A DNA stretch of 64,000 nucleotides. Origin: Eledone cirrhosa. Taxonomy: Eukaryota. The stretch's first letter is position 1, and each line of letters begins with the position of its first letter. Position numbers and translations under genes: made by a program. Below are positions 59,110 through 64,000 of this stretch, piece after piece. Below the pieces are notes generated by a model, which saw only the letters and a list, made by a program, of their open reading frames with translations, was not told where the DNA came from and made no database searches. The stretch spans positions 136,214,001 through 136,278,000 of the forward strand of contig OZ024740.1 in assembly GCA_964016885.1 (NCBI GenBank). The letters are read 5' to 3'.

Positions 59110-62100
59110 TGGCGGATAGTGCGCTCTGCGAAACATCATCCAACCGCCACTTTTTCATTGAGGACCTGCTAACAGGTAGAGCCTTTCTGGTTGACACAGG
59201 TGCAGTTTGTTCAATATGGCCTGTGTGTTGTATGAAGGAGACTCCCCCTGGGTCACCTATTGAGTTGCAGGCAGTAAATTGTTCGCCGATTCGAACCTTC
59301 GGACAAATCTCGCTACCTTTGCAGTTCCGTAATCTGCGGCGCGAGTTTAAATGGATTTTTACTGACGCTGCCTTGCTGTATCCGATTCTAGGCGCGGATT
59401 TTCTCCACCATTTTTCATTGACCGTGGACCTCCGTCGTAAACGCCTAATTGATGGCATCACTGGTTTAACTGTTGTTGGCAAGGCAGCAGGAGTTCCAAC
59501 GGTTAGCCCGACCTTTTTTCTTGCTAACACCGGTGATACTTACCATGCGTTGTTGAACTCGTTCCCGCAACTGACTCAGGGAAATTTTCGAGTTGATGAG
59601 CCAACTCATACCACGGAGCACTTCATAACTACAACTGGTGCTCCCGTTTTTTCTCGTCCTCGTCGTTTGCCTCCGGATAAACTCAAAGCAGCACGATCAG
59701 AGTTTGATCATATGCTGCAGTTGGGGATTATTCGTCCGTCTACGAGCCCGTGGGCGTCCCCATTACACATGGTACCGAAAGTGACTGGCGATTGGAGACC
59801 TACTGGAGATTATCGACGCTTAAATTCAATAACGGAACCGGACCGTTATCCTATCCCTCATCTGCAAGACTTTGCGTCTTCGTTGCAGGGATGCAAGATA
59901 TTCTCCAAACTGGATTTAATTCGTGCGTACCATCAAATTCCTGTCCATAAAAATGACATTCCAAAAACGGCTATAGTTACGCCATTTGGGTCATTTGAGT
60001 TTTTGACCATGCCGTTCGGATTAAGGAATGCCGCTAGTACGTTTCAGCGGTTTATGGATGAGGTTACTCGTGGCCTCGATTTCGTCTATACCTATATTGA
60101 CGACCTGTTCATTGCTAGTTCTTCTCAAGAACAACATACGCACCATTTGAATCTTCTTTTCCGCCGATTGAAGGCGTATAACGTGCAGATTAATGCACCC
60201 AAATGTGTTTTTGGTGCTGAGTCACTGACTTTCTTGGGTCACGTCATCGATGCTGACGGTATTCGACCCCGGCCTGAGCGAGTTAAGGTCATAGAGGATT
60301 TGCCTCCACCGACCTCACTACGTCAGTTACGCCCGTTCTTAGGCCTGATTAACTTTTATAGGCGTTTCGTGCCAAATTGTGCAAGATTGCTTTTCTCCCT
60401 GACAGAAATTTTAAAAAATTGTCGGAAGAAGAATGCAGACATTTCTTTGACCGAGACTCAACTTGCTGATTTTCAGCACGCCAAAACTGCTTTGGCTAAT
60501 GCTTCTTTACTGGCTCACCCGGTACCCAGTGCAAAGCTAACGCTTTGTGTTGATGCATCGGATATCGCTGTGGGCGCAGTGCTACAGCAAAACATCAATG
60601 GTTACCAGCAACCGCTGGAGTTTTTTTCCAGAAAGATGAAACCTGCTGAGACGCGCTACAGCACCTTTGGAAGGGAGCTTTTGGCCATCTATTTAGCCGT
60701 GAAACATTTTTTACATATGCTAGAGGGTAGACTATTTACTATCCTCACTGATCATAAACCATTGACTTTTGCGTTGAGAGCGAAGGCTGATAAATACTCG
60801 CCCAGAGAGATGAAACACCTTGATTTCATCTCGCAATATACGAATGATATCCAACACATTCCGGGTTCACTGAATACAGCGGCCGATGCTTTGTCCCGCT
60901 TACCCGTGACAGCGATCTCGTCACCCTCTGACATAGATCTGACTCGTTTGGCTGCGGATCAGCCTCCCCTTGAGTCATTGGATGTTACATCGCCCGAGTT
61001 TGCGAATTGCGAGATGAAATACCAGCCTCTGTCGACTGCTGTTGGCCAAATTCTCTGCGACGTCTCTTTGGACGTGCCTAGGCCCTTCGTTCCAGAGAAT
61101 CATCGTCGGACCGTGTTTCTGGCATTACATAGTTTCTCGCATCCAGGATCTTCTGCCACAGTTAAACTCATATCAACTAGATTTTTCTGGTCAAATATGA
61201 GGCGTGAAATTGCTGCTTGGTGCCGTTCCTGCGTCGCTTGCCAGAAATCAAAGGTCCATCGACACGTCAAGGCTCCCCTGGGTACCTTTACTAACCCAGA
61301 TGCGCGTTTTTCGCACATTCATATTGATATAGTGGGACCTTGGCCTGTCAGCGATGGTTATTCTTATCTGCTGACCATAATTGACCGTTTTTCGAGATGG
61401 CCTGAAGCCATCCCCTTGAAAAACATCACCGCTGAGACAACAGCGCGTGCTCTTGTGTCTGGATGGATCTCTCGTTATGGAGTTCCATCCACAGTAACTA
61501 CCGACCGTGGACGACAGTTCGAGTCGAGCCTTTTCCTCGAACTGTCAAAATTAATTGGTGCTAAACGCATCAGAACTACGGCGTACCATCCCGCTTCGAA
61601 TGGTATGGTGGAGCGTTTTCACCGACAACTGAAGGCCTCCTTAATGGCCTCAATGGACTCGGCGCGTTGGAGCGAGTACCTCCCTATTGTGCTATTGGGG
61701 ATTCGGTCAACGATGAAGGTCGATTTTGGATTTTCACCGGCCGAAGTACTGTACGGTGCCCCTCTGACGTTGCCCGGGCAAATGCTTGCCCCTATCGATC
61801 TTGATGCCCAAGATCACGCTTCCTACGTGTCTCGTTTGCGCTCCTATTTCCAGGATTTGCCGCCAATGGACACTAGGAAACAAACTGTCAAGACTGCTGT
61901 CCCGAGGGATGTTGCCTCGTGGACGCATGTCTTTGTAAGGAAAGATTCTGTGAAGCCCCCGCTCACACAGCCTTAAACTGGACCTTACCGTGTCTTAGCG
62001 CGCTCGGCTAAGCATTTCACTTTAGATATTAAAGGGTCCAGGGGGACAGTTACAATAGACAGGCTTAAGCAGGCACACCTTGACACGGACGCTGTGGTTC

Positions 62101-62267
62101 CTGATCCACGAACCCCTTCGTATTTGCCTGTTGAGCGAACGCCTGTTCCTGAACCACCATCATCGCCTGTCCCTACACCACCACCATCGCCACGTTACAA
62201 GACCACGACCCGTTCAAATCGTAGGGTCCACTGGCCCAAAATATTTTGCAGCACCGTCTATATTTAG
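59085..62267 (+). pseudogene. pol: Gypsy pol (protease, RT, RNase H, integrase) with a late premature stop at 61974-61976
   Basis: LVDTGA, YIDD, VDASD...ELLAI...TDHKPL, HHCC and DDE (HIDIVG, TTDRG, MVERF). The frame continues past TAA as TGPYRV...TIDRLK to TAG at 62265-62267. Confidence 0.92.
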
Positions 62268-62494
62268 ACTGTGTTAGCTGCACCGTTTTTTTTGCTTCTG
62301 TGTTTCTGCTTTTTCTTTGCCTTTTTTTTATGCATGCATGTTGTGTTTTTTTTTTTAACATTTTTCAAATCCTTATTCTGGATTCAACGATTGGTAGAGC
62401 GAATAGTTCTCCCTTGTTGCATTGTTCGCCATCTTACTCCACGTGTGAGTAATAACATCGATTTTCGATGATTTGAAAATCTGGCAGGGGATAC

Positions 62495-62944
62495 TGAAGT
62501 AAGACGCCTTACGCCCCCTGGCGGATAATGGACCAGGCCTAGTTGTCTCCCCCTGGTTGAGAACACCGAGGTAAGCAGCAGACAGCCACGGGAAAGCAGA
62601 CAGCATACAAGCCACAGAAAACAGCCTCTGTACCATGAAACAATAGACAGACCACAGCACCCAGCAAGCAGCTTTTGTAATTATAATACGCTGCCTTCAC
62701 CACAACTGGATCACGTAAATATTGGTATGTTTCATTTGTAATGTAATAAACACATGATAGACAAAATAAACGTCACCATTATTTACATTGTTAAATATAA
62801 CTCTCGTTGTGGTTATTGTCTTGTCTACGCACACACCCACTCACTTGTTATAATTCTCACTGACAAAAATGGTAAATAGACGAGGGACTTTCCCTCAGGT
62901 CTATATTGATAAAGAATCCAACTAGGATACCACCATTTACCACA
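62495..62944 (+). repeat. 3' LTR (450 bp), preceded by purine-rich PPT ggcaggggatac
   Basis: tgaagtaag...ttaccaca followed by TSD cctt. Confidence 0.95.
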
Positions 62945-63539
62945 CCTTTAATAATTGTGTTGTAGTGAATGGCAGTCAAACTGGTTTGAGGATCACCATC
63001 TCTTCTATCATCGATGAGTGGGTTTCACCCTGGTCAGCGATCCCAGAGGCGTTATCGTGTATAGAGCCGAAGATTTGAGGATAAATTTGAGAAATAAGAA
63101 ATGCGACTCTCCCACAGCACACCTACGCTTCTAAGAAATAAGACTTATTCGTCTCTCATAGCATACCTGAAAAATAAGAAACAGTCCTCTCACCTAGTAC
63201 ACTTGGGCCTTCTGGAGCTTTGAAGTTTTGAAATTCCATCACTTTGTGTTTTCTGTAGCAATACCTCTCATCTGCACGGACATTGTCCCGCTAGAGGATT
63301 TGATGCTGAGCCCTAAGTGTCCTCGAAACAATCGACAACTGTATAGTGTCTTTACTGCCTACAACAATCAGCTTCAACTCTTTCTCTCTCTGATATATAT
63401 TTTAAAAGTCCGATGAAAAGATTGTGGTAACTAAAGCTTTGCTTCTCTTTCTACCAGTTTTGGCAACCACAAAACCTCGACCTCTGTAGGATTTGAATGT
63501 AAAACATAAAGAGACGTTATTAAATACCACTAATAATAA

Positions 63540-63975
63540 TTTCTGATTTAAGAACAAGACTAGTAATTTGATGGGGTGGGGTCGATTACATCGTCTTTGG
63601 TATTTTACTGGTACTATGTTTTATCAACCCCGGAAGGATGAAAGGCAAAGTTGACTTCGGTGGGATTTGAACTTAGAAAGTAAAGGGCAGGAAACATTTC
63701 TGCTAAGCATTTGTCCGACGCTCCAGTCATTCTGCCAATCTACCGCCCTAAATACCACCCCTAATAACGGTTTCTGATTTAGGCTAAAAGTCAACAATTT
63801 TGAGGGCGGGGAAAGTCAATTATATCGACACCAGTGCGTTACTGGTACTTTGCTTTTCATCGTTACGCGGTCGATAAAACAAAGTTAACGTCGACGGGAT
63901 TTAAACTCAGAACGTAAAGGGACACAACTATATTCCGTTGTCCAGCGCTCTGCCGATACTGCCAATCCACCACCA
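63540..63975 (-). mobile_element. Cluster of older SINE family A-related copies
   Basis: Repeated ggatgaaaggcaaagttgac...ggatttgaact...tgccaatc blocks. Confidence 0.7.
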
Positions 63976-64000
63976 CTAATAATGATTTCTACTACAGGCA

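Larger units (their letters stand above)
57233..62944 (+). mobile_element. Full-length Ty3/Gypsy LTR retrotransposon, CsRn1/Kabuki-like clade
   Basis: TG...CA LTRs, 4-bp TSD CCTT (57229-57232, 62945-62948), PBS, PPT, gag with CHCC motif, pol in order PR-RT-RH-IN. Confidence 0.95.

Noticed and set aside
61977-62494. env-like third ORF in the Gypsy element
   Set aside because: The region is the integrase GPY/F tail after a premature stop plus a short T-rich UTR; there is no room for env.

Overview
AT-rich, microsatellite-laden eukaryotic DNA. The repeat landscape suggests a coleoid cephalopod such as Octopus (inference). The only intact host gene I can support is the 7-exon spliceosomal factor BCAS2/SPF27 on the minus strand (28855 to 5955, 633 nt CDS, 210 aa, all GT-AG introns); the ORF track misses it almost entirely. 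The rest is mostly transposable elements: a full-length CsRn1/Kabuki-like Ty3/Gypsy LTR element (57233-62944), a frameshifted Rep/Pif1 Helitron (38804-~43705) plus non-autonomous Helitrons, an internally deleted CR1 LINE with a PHD-type ORF1 inside BCAS2 intron 4, a 5'-truncated Naiad-like Penelope GIY-YIG element, CRE-like and R4-like restriction-endonuclease LINE fragments, many RTE fragments, tRNA-derived SINEs, and piggyBac- and Mutator-type MITEs. The most unusual signal is a set of four unrelated fold-back palindromes embedded in microsatellites, each centred just upstream of a hammerhead-ribozyme-like GAAA/stem III module. In one of them (51.6 kb) the two arms together reconstruct a canonical type I hammerhead. 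No CRISPR or prokaryotic system is supported.
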